Notes: generated from the letters alone by a model not told the origin. Positions 1-14,598 are shown, numbered from the stretch's first letter. The stretch is 64,000 nt of DNA from Octopus vulgaris (GCA_951406725.2 OX597829.1:44392001-44456000); one strand, 5' to 3'. Numbers and translations are program-made.

Positions 1-163
1 GATTAGATCGACTCCAGTACGCAACTGGTACTTAATTTATCGACCCTGAAAGGATGAAAGGCAAAGTCGACCTCAGCGGAATTTGAACTCAGAAGGTAAC
101 GGCAGACGAAATACCGCTAAGTATTTCGCCCGGGGTGCTAACGTTTCTGCCAGCTTGCCGCCT
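1..163 (-). mobile_element. tRNA-derived SINE family A, partial copy (runs off window start)
   Basis: Minus strand reads GGCGGCAAGCTGGCAGAAACG (A-box-like) ... GAGTTCAAATTCC (B-box), followed by a body shared with other copies in the window. Confidence 0.85.
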
Positions 164-175
164 TTATCTACAAAT

Positions 176-389
176 GTTCTTTTCTACTCTAGGCCCAAGG
201 TCTGAAATTTTAGGGGAGGGGGCCAGTCGATTAGATCGACCCAGTACGCAACTGGTACTTAATTTATCGACCCCGAATGGATGAAAGGCAAAGTCGACTT
301 CGGCAGAATTTGAACTCAGAACATAAAGACAGAAGAAATGCCGCGAAGAATTTCGTCCGGTATGTTAACGATTATGCCAGCTCGCTGCC
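176..389 (-). mobile_element. SINE family A, alternative-tail variant
   Basis: Same head and body as 1-163; the 3' tail (ttctactctaggcccaagg on +) differs from the copies at 18414 and 53791. Confidence 0.8.
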
Positions 390-643
390 GTAATGAAATT
401 GAAGAATGATGTAGAGAAAACTGCGATGAGTGAAAGTGGGGGCACAGAGAGAGGAGGGAAGGGCGACAGGGGGGAAAGAGAGAGACGGGGAGGGATAGAG
501 GAGAAGAGAAGGCAAGACAAGAGAAAAGAAGAGAAAAAGAGAGATGTGGTGTGAAAGGCTGCAATGACTACGAAGTAGACGGGTTTAAATTTGAAAGGGG
601 TCCGGTTAGGTTTAAGGGGTCAATGTTACAAATACGATTAGAG

Positions 644-681
<38 letters not shown>

Positions 682-1029
682 AAGAGAGAGGATGGCATTC
701 AAAGCGATCAGAAACAGGAAAATGGTAAGTAAAGGGAACAGGAGTAAGAAGAAGCAACTAAAAATATTTTATTTGAAACAAGAAATTGAATCAAAAGATA
801 ATTCTTGAAATTCTTAAGCTATAGAGGAGATGATATAGCAAATATTGGGGGGAACAGTGTGGTGTTTGTGAATTGTGAGATGAACTTTGGTGGAGAAAAA
901 CTAAAGATTGGACTAAAAAAATGGAAGAAATGCCTTTCCCTTTCCGAATACTTCAAATAAAGAAACACGCGGGTCAACTACAATCAGTTCTATATATTTC
1001 TCAATGCCTCACGCAACTGATGATAAATT

Positions 1030-2270
1030 TCTTTTTCACACTGAGTTCTCAATTCTGAGAGGTGTTTTCTGCTCGATTTTTGCCTATTTCAAAGTTAGCT
1101 GGCGTCAATATCTGCATTGATGCCGAACGATTCTTTCGTCAATCCAATGAACAGATGATTTCTACGAAGAATACAATACCACTTGCTCTTGGTAAGTTTA
1201 CAGAGCTTAAACGATGCCGATCGAACAATTAGCCTAATCTCAATGAATATCAATCCGGAGACCTTTTATCCGAGTAAGGCTGCCAGGATGAAAACCGTTT
1301 CGATTTCAGAAAAAAAGATAAATCCGCAGTCCCATTTTTTTCCTGACCACACTGCACTCCATCAAGTTTATTACTGATAGGACATTGTTACCAAACAAGA
1401 TAACAAAGCTGAAATTTTGTGGTTTGGTGTACAAACGTCTACGAAGAGGAAGCGCCTCAGCTGTTTAGCCATTGAAAATTCTACCAGAAACTATCCAACG
1501 AACGTAACTTCCTCAGCTGAAAACTCACCTCCAGCATAGTACACAAATTCATTTTCTCCACTCTATTTTTGTCCATAACCACCAACTTCATTTTCATACA
1601 TCTCGAACATCCACCATCTACGTCTTCCTTATACTTACTAACCCCACAAATCCCGACTCTTCCATCATATCTGCTTTCAGTCTTCCTCCTTAGTTCAAAT
1701 CATTCTAAACTAATGACAACTCTGGGTCCTGCCTTCTATGCTACACCAAAACATGAACCTTGCTTCCAGCTATTTTTTTTTTCCGCCTGTGAATGCTGTT
1801 AACCGAATTTATTCTGAAATTCAGGATCCATTTTCTCATTCACACCCTATGAGGATGGCCTCTCCATCCTAAATCTTTCCTTTAGCTACTCCACCTCGTT
1901 CAAAACCAGCATCATTACACTTCTTCGCTTCTTTAACTACTTACTGCCAAAAAGCTGTTATTCGTTCTCCCAAGATTTCTACTTTTATTTTACTAAATTA
2001 GCGATGGGAACAAGAATGAGCCGGAACAACACCAACTTATGTGTATGTTGGTGTCATTAGGAGTCGAATTTTTCACAGCTTCCTGAACCGATTCCAGAGA
2101 TGTACAGGTAGTATTTGGCTGACTGTATACCTGATAACGCATTCACAAGAGAGAAACTTACTTTCCTATTAACTCTTTTCTTCGACGGCATCCACTCTGC
2201 ACTGAAATTCCACTTTCTTCTCTCTCCAAAACATCCATGAAATTTCAAGAGATTTCTCTCTCTCTATCAA
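1030..2270 (+). pseudogene. Highly decayed Penelope-like retroelement reverse transcriptase
   Basis: Frame-shifted translated remnants occur in the correct order: DAERFFRQ (~1120), DIVTKQDNK (1381; cf. DIVIKPADKG), SRTSTIY..NPTNPDSSIISA (~1600-1680; cf. PRT..FY.LPKIHK...PGRPIVS), AMGTRM (2001-2018), YLADCI (2112; cf. YIDD), HSALKF. Confidence 0.75.
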
Positions 2271-3100
2271 TGCCGTCTATTATGAACGCTGTCCGGGGCG
2301 TCGAACAAACAGTAACAGTTTATGTGTATTTCATTTCGTTTCGCAAATTTCAAAATTTTGTATCACATTCTCATTTTTTTCGTCCTTGCTTTTTTTTTTT
2401 CTCAAAGTGTTACTGTTACTATTGCGAATTGAAGTTTATTCGAGCGAATATCTACTTTAATAGGTATCAGTTCTTGTCACGTTGCATTTACTTTATTCCT
2501 CAGGCACAAATGAGCCGCTATAATCAAATTCATTCAAGTCGTGACCATTCCTCATTCTGTCACTCTTCTCTTTTCTTTTTTTCTTATTACAGTGAATTGC
2601 ATTATCTAAAAATGCATCCTTTCTTTCCGAAGACAATAGGGTCTAATTTAGGGAAAAATTTGTATGCTATTTATAGCAGGTCAACTGATTCGCCATGTAA
2701 GAGGATCCTTTATTGTGTTTGGTACTGGCAGCTAGTAGATCTCAGCTCCAGTTTCGAAATTAAAGCAAACTGCTGGCGGTGGTATGACAGCATAGTCTTG
2801 GCTACCAGGGCCTGAACAAACTAATTAATTAAAGAACTCTTTCGGAATCTTATTTGGCGGATTGAAATCTTAGCGTTTTGATGATGCATTTAAGACAAAT
2901 AGAGAGGGAAAAAAATACCGTTTCTATACTTAGTACAGGTTGTTTTATTCGTTTGCAAGCGAATGCGTGACAGATAAAATAGAGAGCATGACGTAAGCGA
3001 AAGATGGTTTGACGTGACTGTTCGACTTGCTAGAAATATCAGTCAAATATACCTCACATCATATTTATTAGAAGAAACAACAACACATTAGATGAATGGG

Positions 3101-3419
3101 TTTCTTTTATGCGCCCTTTTCAAGCCTGCCCAGGCTCATGGGCCCGGTTTCCCGGTTTCTGTGGCGTATGTGTTCCCCCACAGCTGGACGGGACGCCAGT
3201 CCATCGCAGCGTTACTCAAGAAACAGGAAGTGAGAGAGAGTGAGAGAAAGTTGGGGCGAAAGAGTACAACAGAGGTCGCCACCCACCCCCTGCCGGAGCC
3301 TCGTGGAGCTTTAGATGTTTTCGCTCAATAAACACACACAACGCCCGGTCTGGGAATCGAAACCGCGATCCTCCGACCGTGAGTTCGCTGGCCTAACCAC
3401 TGGGCCATTGCGCTTTCAC
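3101..3419 (-). mobile_element. tRNA-derived SINE family D
   Basis: Minus strand: TGGCCCAGTGG A-box and GGTTTCGATTCC B-box. A related head is at 13778-13885 (+). Flanked by a possible short TSD, AGATGAA. Confidence 0.8.
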
Positions 3420-4362
3420 AGATGAACGAATCTAAGCTCGCGGTGTGGCCCACGTACGCGTGGACGTACCCGCGACCGATGCCGGAAGGCGTTCACGAGA
3501 TACACGCGGTCGATACGGCGACGTGGTCCGTCCCGTAAAATCCCGAAAGATGACAACTGCGGCTAGAAAAAGACAAGTTGGTTACGGCTGAAATGCGTGA
3601 GGTCATACATCTATTGCATCTCAGCAATAGACTGAGTTGATTAAACAACAGCAACAATAACAACCGTAACGACAAGTTCTTATCGTGACTGTAGCAATCG
3701 ATCTTCCAATGGTACCCAGAGAGTTATGTTTCCATTCGGTATTTCGTTTCCAAATTGCTAACACTATTTGTTAGTCAGGTCATAATTCTCAACAGAAGTG
3801 TCACTGTTTTTCGATAAGGAGATGGGTTTGAAGTCAAAATGCCCAGAAAATGGAGCAAATACAGCAAGACATCTCGTCCTATGCTCTAATAATTGCACCT
3901 ATCCAAAACCATGGGTTGATACTATTTAACGACACTGTTAGGATGATAGACAAAGTTGACCTCGGCGGGATTTGAACTCAGAGTGTAGATTGTTGAAAAA
4001 CAAATGTCGTGAGGAATTACTAACTAGATCTATCCAGCAACTATTACCTGAGGGCCCGTGAAAAGTGAGTTATGTGTAAAATATATTGTAAAACTTATGT
4101 GTTTTGATTCTCGTTATGAAAAGATTACGAGGGATATTTCGATAATCTGGGTGGAACATCGAACCGACAGGTTTCTTTGTTATAAGGACTCGTTCAAATA
4201 GAACTGTGGTTCTCGTAGGGAGTTTATATGACTCCTTGGGGTCCAAACAAGATTTCATTGTTAAAGTTTATGTGCAATAAATTGTATATACTTGTACAAA
4301 CACAAAACATTTAAACATTTAACATGACAATTCCTAAAAATATTTAAAAGATAAAGACACTC

Positions 4363-4693
4363 TCCGATCATAAATGGCCATGGGATTGCACCTAGAAAGT
4401 TCCCTTCCGAGGTACCTGATCAGGAAAGGTTGTTTATGGAAGACCAGCAGTCACCCATGCATACCAACCTCCTCCCCTCTCCACACCACCGATGTTATCC
4501 AAGGGAAAGACAAAGGCTGATACAACTTGGCACCAGTGATGCTGCAATTCATTTCTACAGCTGAGTGAACTGAGGCAAAGTGAAATAAAGTGTCTTGTTT
4601 AAGAACAAAACACACAGCCCGATCCGGGAATCGAATTCACTACCTCATGATTGTGAGCCCAACGCCCTAACCACCGAGCCATGCACCTTCACA
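4363..4693 (-). mobile_element. tRNA-derived SINE family C with CORE/Meta-like central domain
   Basis: Minus-strand head GTGAAGGTGCATGGCTCGGTGGTTAGGGCG...GAATTCGATTCC, then ..CAAGACACTTTATTTCAC..; a second copy is at 33044-33312. Confidence 0.8.
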
Positions 4694-4738
4694 ATAATAT
4701 TTAATTATGAAAATATAAGATAGGATTTTTTTAGGACT

Positions 4739-5409
4739 AGGAAAGTTTTATGGTTCAACTCAGCTTTCAATTTGGCCGTAAAAACAAATATAGGTAGGGA
4801 ATGAAATTAGTGTCTAGGCATTTTCAACCGGATCATATAAAATATAGAATATTCATTAGAACACTTAAGATCAGCTATTCTTGCTGCTGAAACTTCGCCT
4901 CTTTCTTTAACCAACACAACAGTAGAATAATTGCTAATAAGCATAGTGCCGATCTTCTTAAAAAATGTAATTGCAAAGATGGATCCTCCTGTCCGTTGGA
5001 AGGGAAATGTTTGGAGAAAGGAATCGTATATAGAGCCAAGGTGCAGATAGAAGGCTCACGCGAATATAGGACTTATACAGGGGCTTCTGAAAATTCTTTT
5101 AAAACCCGGTTTTATTCGCATAAAAATTCCTTTAGATACTCAGAAAATAGGACGAAGACCAGCCTGGCGAAATATGTCTCGAAATTAAAAGCCCGACCTT
5201 TCAACGTGTCATGGAGTATTTTGGAGAGAGCAGCACCATACAGGCGCGGTACGCATAAGAGAAATTTCAAGTACGACTTATGTCTGCTGGAAAAATATTT
5301 TATTTTATTCCAAGACAATAATTCTTTAAATCAAAGAAGCGAACTCTTGAATTCATGCAGACACACAGCTAAATTTAAAATGTCGACTATCAATATCCCA
5401 TATGGATAG
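4739..5409 (+). pseudogene. Penelope-like element C-terminal linker and GIY-YIG endonuclease (5'-truncated, frameshifted)
   Basis: RKVLWFNSAFNLAVKTNIGRE, then CNCKDGSSCPLEGKC-LEKGIVY..TYTG..FKTRFYSH..LCLLEK..LNQRSEL..CRH in and just upstream of ORF 4996-5409, which is typical of PLE endonuclease domains. Confidence 0.88.
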
Positions 5410-6722
5410 CGTATATTTTTGATTCTTGGACTAGTTTCTAATCACACTGTTGGATTTGTTTCGTATTATGCATGTTTTATTCCGCATCGCAAAGTTTTTG
5501 TGTATATTTCGATATATTTCTTAGGAAAAACTTTCGACTGTTATATACTGATATTATTTTCTTGTTTAGGATTCTGCTTTTATTTTATTTCATTTTATTG
5601 TATTCTATAAACCCATTTTAATCGTTTAATTTATAAGATAATCCAATATAGGGTGTTATATTTTGCATGTCTTTTATCTAAAATTTTTATTATTATGCAC
5701 TCAGCAATTTAAAAAAATAATGTTGTTTGTAATATACGTCAGATCCTAGACATGTTTTTATATGAATATTTGTATTGGCATGCATCTATGTATATGTGTA
5801 AGTGAGCGTGTGTGTTTATACTTATGCACATACATACATGGATGTATATGTATGCATGTATTCACTTGGATTTGTGTGGATGTGTATTTACGTACTTGTC
5901 TCTATATATTTATATATGTGTTCTTATATGTGTATTAACTGCTAATATACACTTTTATATACACATGTATACGTAGTGTTATTTTGTGAACGTTCGTTAC
6001 GCATATTCAGACTTCTTTCTTTCGTTATTTTTTCTCTCCCTATTCGTTACTTGTTTAGAGTCCTGTAACTTTACGCCCCTCTCCCCTTCTCTTACTCACG
6101 TCTTTAGCTTTCTGTTGCTTATAAGATCGTTACCTTTTCTTCCCCCTCTCTGCGTTTTTACTTCTAGTCTATATATATACATCAAGTGAGTTTTGCATGC
6201 GAATCAGATTGCGTATACATATGTGTACGTGTATTTGTGTGTATATTTTCGTTTTGCATTTATATGTCTGTATATGTATGTGGTCTGTGTACATCTATCT
6301 GTGTATTTTGATGTATATATGTATATTGATGATTTAGTATGAGTATATACAGTTGTGAAATATTTAAATATATTTTGATTTTAATTTTCATGTATTAATT
6401 GTATTAATCGAATTATATGTATGAGTATATACTGTTGTGAAATATTTTAATATATTTTAATTTTAATTTTTATGTATTAATTGTATTAATCGAATTATAT
6501 TTTCTATATAATTAATGACAATATGTATTTTGAATCCGCTCTTCGATTTAAGGTTTTTCTTCGATTTTTATAATTTATATTGAATTCATTTATTTTGTTT
6601 ATTTTGTTTATCGCTTGCTTAAGACCGTTATTTGAAAGGACCAATGAAACAAATCCATTTTTAAAGGTGTATCCTTTAACTAGTTTTGATCAAATTGTTA
6701 TTTCGGTTCTATTTTAACAAAA

Positions 6723-6760
6723 CTGTCCGACGAACGGCAACGTGAAACTCCGAGTAACAG
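6723..6760 (+). ncRNA. Minimal type-I hammerhead ribozyme in PLE 3' pLTR (U4C core variant)
   Basis: CTGT-CCGACGA-ACG(GCAA)CGT-GAA-ACTCCGAGT-A-ACAG. Stems I, II and III all pair; followed by AATAAA and (TA)n. A degenerate sibling is at 9546-9575. Confidence 0.7.
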
Positions 6761-6792
6761 CTTCTGTTGTATTTCTGCTGCTTTAGAATAAA

Positions 6793-6837
<45 letters not shown>

Positions 6838-6910
6838 ATTGATTGATTGATTCTAGTTTTAGCTTATGAGCTGTGGCCATGCTGGGGCACCGCCATTTAT
6901 ATATATATAT

Positions 6911-6955
<45 letters not shown>

Positions 6956-6971
6956 CACATACATATACATA

Positions 6972-7002
<31 letters not shown>

Positions 7003-7183
7003 TTATGTATGTATATCAGTCATTAAACTATTTACTACGACAACCCGTATTAACAGCAAGGAACAGAACAGTAAGCGGTCAACTGACATCGACTTTCATA
7101 ATTTGCGGAGCAATTTTGACAAAATTCTTTGATTTCTCAGCAGACACGGAATGATATTATTCCCAATTCTATCAACGTTTCGG

Positions 7184-8014
<831 letters not shown>

Positions 8015-8475
8015 CTAATCACTTTTAACTACAGGCAGATTTCAGAAAAAGTAAAAAAAAAAAAAAAGAAGATAACAAGAAAGAACGAAAGAAAGAAAGA
8101 AAGGAGAAAATAAAAATTGAAATAAACAAATTATTCCGAGATTCTATGAAAGAAATGTATTTATTTTCATATCGTATTTGAATAAAAGATATCGGAAGAA
8201 CTCTCAAAGCACTTTATTCACAGTTTTGCAAACACCAACACAAAACTATACACAATGTTATCCAGTCTTTATTTGAATTATCAATACATTCCTTCGTCCC
8301 CTTTCGTGGTTATCGTTTAACTAGTGTTTTGTGTATGTTTTTAACCTCTTCAAATGCAAACACTCCCCGCCCCACGCCCTTTTACCTGTTAGCACCTGAC
8401 AGTCTTTTCAATCTTTGTAATATTAAAATATCTATCTATTTCTCTCTCTCTCTCTCTCTTTCTGTTTCTGTGTGC

Positions 8476-8627
<152 letters not shown>

Positions 8628-8718
8628 TATATATATATGTAAATGTAAATACAAACTGGGACAAGAACGTGAAACATTTAGAAGACGATACAAAAAACAC
8701 GGACGGGACATCGAAGCC

Positions 8719-8825
<107 letters not shown>

Positions 8826-9073
8826 ATTAAGATGAATATTCCGATAGAATAAAGTACTTTAAAGGTATCCACCGGGTAGGGTTGGTTAATCCCTGTGCTT
8901 CTGGCCAATGGTAGGTGAGAGTCGAAATATCAGATAGGATATTTCGGTGCACACACAAAGAAAAAAAACGACCCCCAGGGGTCTGGACCGAATTGCACAT
9001 TACGTTGAGTAATACGTTGTTGGCATAATCTAGTATGTCAACAAGTCGTAAATTCCCTTGGTGCACTGTAATT

Positions 9074-9383
9074 AAATCAATGAAAAAGCACGATAGTTAA
9101 GTGTCAGCCCGTTACAGCTGTTTCTTACGTTACTTTTAATGAAGAATGAGAATATTACATCATTATAGAAGACCGGAATATTCAGATGAAAACATAATTT
9201 TTAATAAAAGGAAGTGCTATCCCAGGAACGCGGCAGAGATATGTCTGTCGAGGCTGAGCTATGTAAAAATGACGTTCTCATCTGATGATTACGGTCTTTG
9301 TAATGATTTAATGTTCTCATTAAATGTTCTTATTAAAAGTCACGTGTGAAACATAACTATCGTGCATTTTTATTCATTTGATT
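9074..9383. mobile_element. Inverted pair of PLE pLTR-like segments carrying degenerate hammerhead motifs
   Basis: 9074-9205 is an imperfect reverse complement of 9260-9383. CTGATGA is at 9282 and GAAAC at 9348 (+); GAAAC-AGCT-GTA is on the - arm. Confidence 0.6.
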
Positions 9384-9393
9384 ATGTATATAC

Positions 9394-9465
<72 letters not shown>

Positions 9466-9663
9466 CAGAGTAAGCACATTAATGCGAAACAAGGTGGAAA
9501 AAATAGTACTCGAATACCAGAGGTAGACTAATATACTAAACAAAACTGTCAGACGAACGGTAACGTGAAACTGAGAAACCGTTTTGGAGACATTTTTGCT
9601 GCTTTTTAATAACGTATACACACACGCACACATACACACACATATATCTAATATTATATAATA

Positions 9664-9723
<60 letters not shown>

Positions 9724-9994
9724 CCTCTGCGAAAAGATCTCAGAATTTTAATTGATTTGCTTTTCGCAGGAAGGAATTTTTCATTCGAAGTATACGTCTC
9801 GCTTTTATCCTTCGAAACGTTTAGTAGATGAAACTTTAGCGACTTTTTTCGTTGTGCTTATTGTCCTGTATGCCTGTCTTGTTCCTTGGTTTGTGTCTAT
9901 GTTTTTCGTCTCTCTATACGTCTTTTGTGTCCTGTAATATATATATGTATATGTACATGTAGATATATATATATATGTTTATATATATATATTT

Positions 9995-10031
<37 letters not shown>

Positions 10032-10231
10032 TTTATATATGGGTGTGTGTATCTGTGTGTGAATAAGTGTGTGGGCATGTTTGCTTGTGCATGTGTATAT
10101 GTGTGTACATACCTATATAGAAAGATGGATAGAGAGATAGATTGATAGGGAGATAGTTAGATAGACAGAGGTACACATAAACGTTTGTATGTGTATATAC
10201 ATATGTATGTACATATATACACATATATATG

Positions 10232-10273
<42 letters not shown>

Positions 10274-10278
10274 CAAGA

Positions 10279-10377
<99 letters not shown>

Positions 10378-10895
10378 TATTTAGATTGATAGCTACACAT
10401 ATGGATGCAGATATATGTGTTTGTGTGTGTGTCTATGTGTTTGTGTGTATATGTGCACGCGTGTGTCTTTGTGTGTGTAAATATATGTAAATTTATTGGT
10501 GGTACAACCGATATCACCACAGCTTTGGGCTGATACGCATACAAGAATATATATGAAAAAGAATATATATTTAATATATATTTGTATCTTATTATTACAC
10601 TTAGGCATTGTAATGCTAATAATCCGCTGCTAGAACTCAGTGTACATATATTAGAGAACGGAACTTCACCAGTGTACAGAATCGCAAAAAGATATTTGGA
10701 TGACAACGGAATAAGAAATTATGCCATAGACTGCATTGGCTTACAGTTGTTTCTGTTATAAGATGTAAAGCACTTAAATTTGAATGCTCGTGCATCACTC
10801 TGTATTCATGATTGCACTTCATATCTGAAGCTCCAATGAAGCTATATATATATACATATATATTGCGGAATAATCATTTAAACATGTATTTATGT

Positions 10896-11001
10896 ATCAC
10901 CCGTCGACATACATCCGCACTACTGGATGATTCTGAACCAGTTATTGAGTGTCCCACATAAGAGGAATCGATGCTAGATGTGTCGAAACAATTGTCGTGA
11001 T
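10896..11001 (+). ncRNA. Hammerhead-like motif (variant core)
   Basis: ATCAC-CCGTCGA-CATACATC...GATGTGTC-GAAAC-AATT-GTC-GTGAT, followed by AATAAA and flanked by TA-rich repeats. Confidence 0.5.
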
Positions 11002-11197
11002 TAATAATAAATTCTCGTATTTCCATCCTCTCTTTCATTTGCTATAATATATATATATATGTATGTGTGTGTAAAGAGTGTGTATGTATACATATGCACA
11101 CAAATATATACATACATATATACATATACATGTATATACACATATATATATAATATATATACAGGGAGACGGACAAGCAGGAACATAGAGAGGTATG

Positions 11198-11390
<193 letters not shown>

Positions 11391-11455
11391 ACATAATACA
11401 TATATTCATACATATATACATATTTCTATACGTATATGATCGTGTGTATGCATAC

Positions 11456-11498
<43 letters not shown>

Positions 11499-11885
11499 TA
11501 TACATGAACTCATAAGTATGTTTATATGTTTGCATACATTACACTAGGAATCGATAGACAATTCACGTATATCTGAGGAAATAACGGCTCGCTTTGTCGC
11601 AGGTATTGAAATCTTGATAAATAGGCGCCACTTGCGTTATCAACCTGATGTTGTATTCACACGTCGCCGGCCAACTAGCGCCTCACATCAAACGACCGGT
11701 CAGAATGTCTGCTGTCAATTTCTAACCCCCCAACTGGCTTATATGCCAGGCACTCACAGAGTACCGTTCCCTACAAAATGATCGTTGCTTTTGTAAGCAG
11801 ATGTATGTCATAGCATCTGTTGTTTCAATTTTGATTGAGAAAATATTGAATATATTTCGTGTGAAGTAGGAAAAAAAAAGAGACG

Positions 11886-11941
<56 letters not shown>

Positions 11942-12090
11942 AACAGATGGAGAAAGAGAGAGAAGGAGAAACACTGAGACAGAAAGAGTGTATTATTTGA
12001 ATAAGTGTTGAAGAGTGAGCACATTGATAGTTTTACGCGAATACGGTATATAATAAACGCACGCATATATACATAAACATCCATACTTGC

Positions 12091-12138
<48 letters not shown>

Positions 12139-12140
<2 letters not shown>

Positions 12141-12539
12141 TCTTTTACTTGTTTCAGTCATTTGACTGATGCCATGCTGGAGCACCGCCTTTAATCGAGC
12201 AACTCGACCCCGGGACTTATTCTTTTGTAAGCCCAGTACTTATTCCATCGGTCTCTTTTGCCGAACCGCTAAGTAACGGGGACATAAACACACCAGCATC
12301 GGTTGTCAAGCAATGCTAGGGGACAAACACAGTCACACAAACACACACACATACACACATATATATATATATACATATATACGGGCTTCTTTCAGTTTCC
12401 GTCTACCAAATCCACTCACAAGGCTTTGGTCGTCCCGAGGTTATAGTAGAAGACACTTACCCAAGGTGCCACGCAGTGGGACTGAACCCGGAATCATGCG
12501 GCTGGTAGACAAGCTACTTACCACACAGCCACTCCTGCG

Positions 12540-12542
<3 letters not shown>
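12139..12542 (-). mobile_element. tRNA-derived SINE family B (CORE-like, bipartite with internal TA/CA tract)
   Basis: Head GGCGCAGGAGTGGCTGTGTGGTAAG...GGTTCAGTCCC, then CCTTGGGTAAGTGTC. Many near-identical copies in the window; the head is partly duplicated at 12631-12675. Confidence 0.88.
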
Positions 12543-12634
<92 letters not shown>

Positions 12635-12672
12635 TTGGTAGACAAGCTACTTACCACACAGCCACTCCTGCG

Positions 12673-12732
<60 letters not shown>

Positions 12733-12835
12733 CGCCAACACTTTTTTCTGCAAAATATAGGTAGTTTATCCTGCTCGGTCTATATTATTAGCATTATCCT
12801 GCGTTTGAGAATTTTAGAAATCACTTCTTTAACCA

Positions 12836-12867
<32 letters not shown>

Positions 12868-12935
12868 TGAGTGTGTGTTTGTGTGTGTGTATGTGTGTGT
12901 GCATGTGTGTGTACATGTGTGTCTCTTATAGATAC

Positions 12936-12978
<43 letters not shown>

Positions 12979-13009
12979 TACATATGAATATACTTATATA
13001 TATATTTGT

Positions 13010-13048
<39 letters not shown>

Positions 13049-13174
13049 GCCTGCTCGCTTAGCCAGCGGGGTGGCGTCATTCGAAGGCTAAAACAATGCG
13101 AACGCATTGTGACCAGCGATGTGTAGCAACATCTGATGGTCTGGTCGGTCACGTGATCACGTGATATATGTATG

Positions 13175-13219
<45 letters not shown>

Positions 13220-13228
<9 letters not shown>

Positions 13229-13715
13229 TGTAGTTGTGTGAGTGTCTGTCCCCTTCGATTTAGATTCCTAACTCCTCCCACATTTTGCGGTGCAGTTTAA
13301 CCAAATTCAGGTATCTTATAGTCGTGATTCATATCGAGCCCGTCTACGCGCGCGTCTACGATGAGTCTACGATTTTAAAAATAATTTAACATAATTTTTT
13401 ATTCCATTTTAATGCATAATTTTTCGTGTGTCGATGGCGGCGGAGTTGGCGTCCATGGTCACACCTGCACCTGTGTTCTCCCCTTTCTTCCCTCCCTCGT
13501 GAACCTGTGGGGAAGGGAGTGTAAGAAAATCAACGTCGTAAAGCGTTGTCAAGGAGACCAGCGTTCTTTTAGAACAACGACTTCATGGCTTGAAGACACC
13601 AAAACAGAAATGGCTAAGAAAGCCCGAATTGGCATCTATAAGGGAAGTAACTCTCTAAAAATGCTTACATAGTTATTTCCCTTACAAACCCGAGCAACGC
13701 CGGGCGATACTGCTA

Positions 13716-13716
<1 letters not shown>
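13220..13716 (+). mobile_element. Non-autonomous Helitron
   Basis: 3' hairpin CCCGAGCAACGCCGGG about 8 nt before terminal CTAG|T; (TC)TATATATAAAA-type 5' end; multiple copies. Confidence 0.85.
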
Positions 13717-13781
<65 letters not shown>

Positions 13782-13890
13782 GTTAGAGCAGCGGACTCGC
13801 GGTCAAGGGATCGCGGGTTCGAATCTCAGACAGGGTGATGTGTGTGTTTATGAACGAAACACCTAAGCTCCACGCGGCTCCGGCTGACTT

Positions 13891-14064
13891 AGGCGCAGGT
13901 GTGGCTGTGTGGTAAGTTGCTTGCTAACCAACCACATGGTTCCGGGTTCAGTCCCACTGCGTTGCAACTTCGGCAAGTGTCTTCTGCTATAGCCCCGGGC
14001 CAACCAATGCCTTGTGAGTGGATTTGGTAGACGGAAACTGAAAGAAGCCTGTCGTATATATGTA

Positions 14065-14103
<39 letters not shown>

Positions 14104-14171
14104 TCCAAACACGAAAACAAAAACAAAAAAACAACAACGCAAGGACGTGGAACAAATAAAGTATTATTGGA

Positions 14172-14211
<40 letters not shown>

Positions 14212-14598
14212 TATGTAGAAAAATACAACATGGACAAGAACGTATAACTCTTAGAAGACGACACAATAAACACGGACAGGACATTCGAAACCCTCAGTCT
14301 TCAGTCAAGAACCGGATCATCGTAGTAATTTCGGCTGATTAATCTTGAGATTACTAGATCACGGCCAGCCCTCCAAGAAAAACCAAGCAACGAGCATTAG
14401 AAAAACTAAGCTGGAAGCGTAGATTTCCTGGAAGAAGGATCGAATGCATACGAACACCAGGACAGCAAAAGGGACAGATATAAAAAAACAAAAAACAATA
14501 ATGGAATACAGAAACATGAAATACAGAAGCATTAACGGTGAAAACAACAGTGTCTTACGACTGATAACAAGCAAACAAATTTTTTCTCTGGCGCAATG

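Noticed and set aside
2237-2815. 192-aa ORF
   Set aside because: Phe/Tyr-rich, low-information translation of T-rich DNA that starts in the decayed PLE; no recognisable domain.
14281-14345. Minus-strand CTGAAGA..GAA as a further hammerhead
   Set aside because: I could not build consistent stems I-III by eye, so it was not counted.
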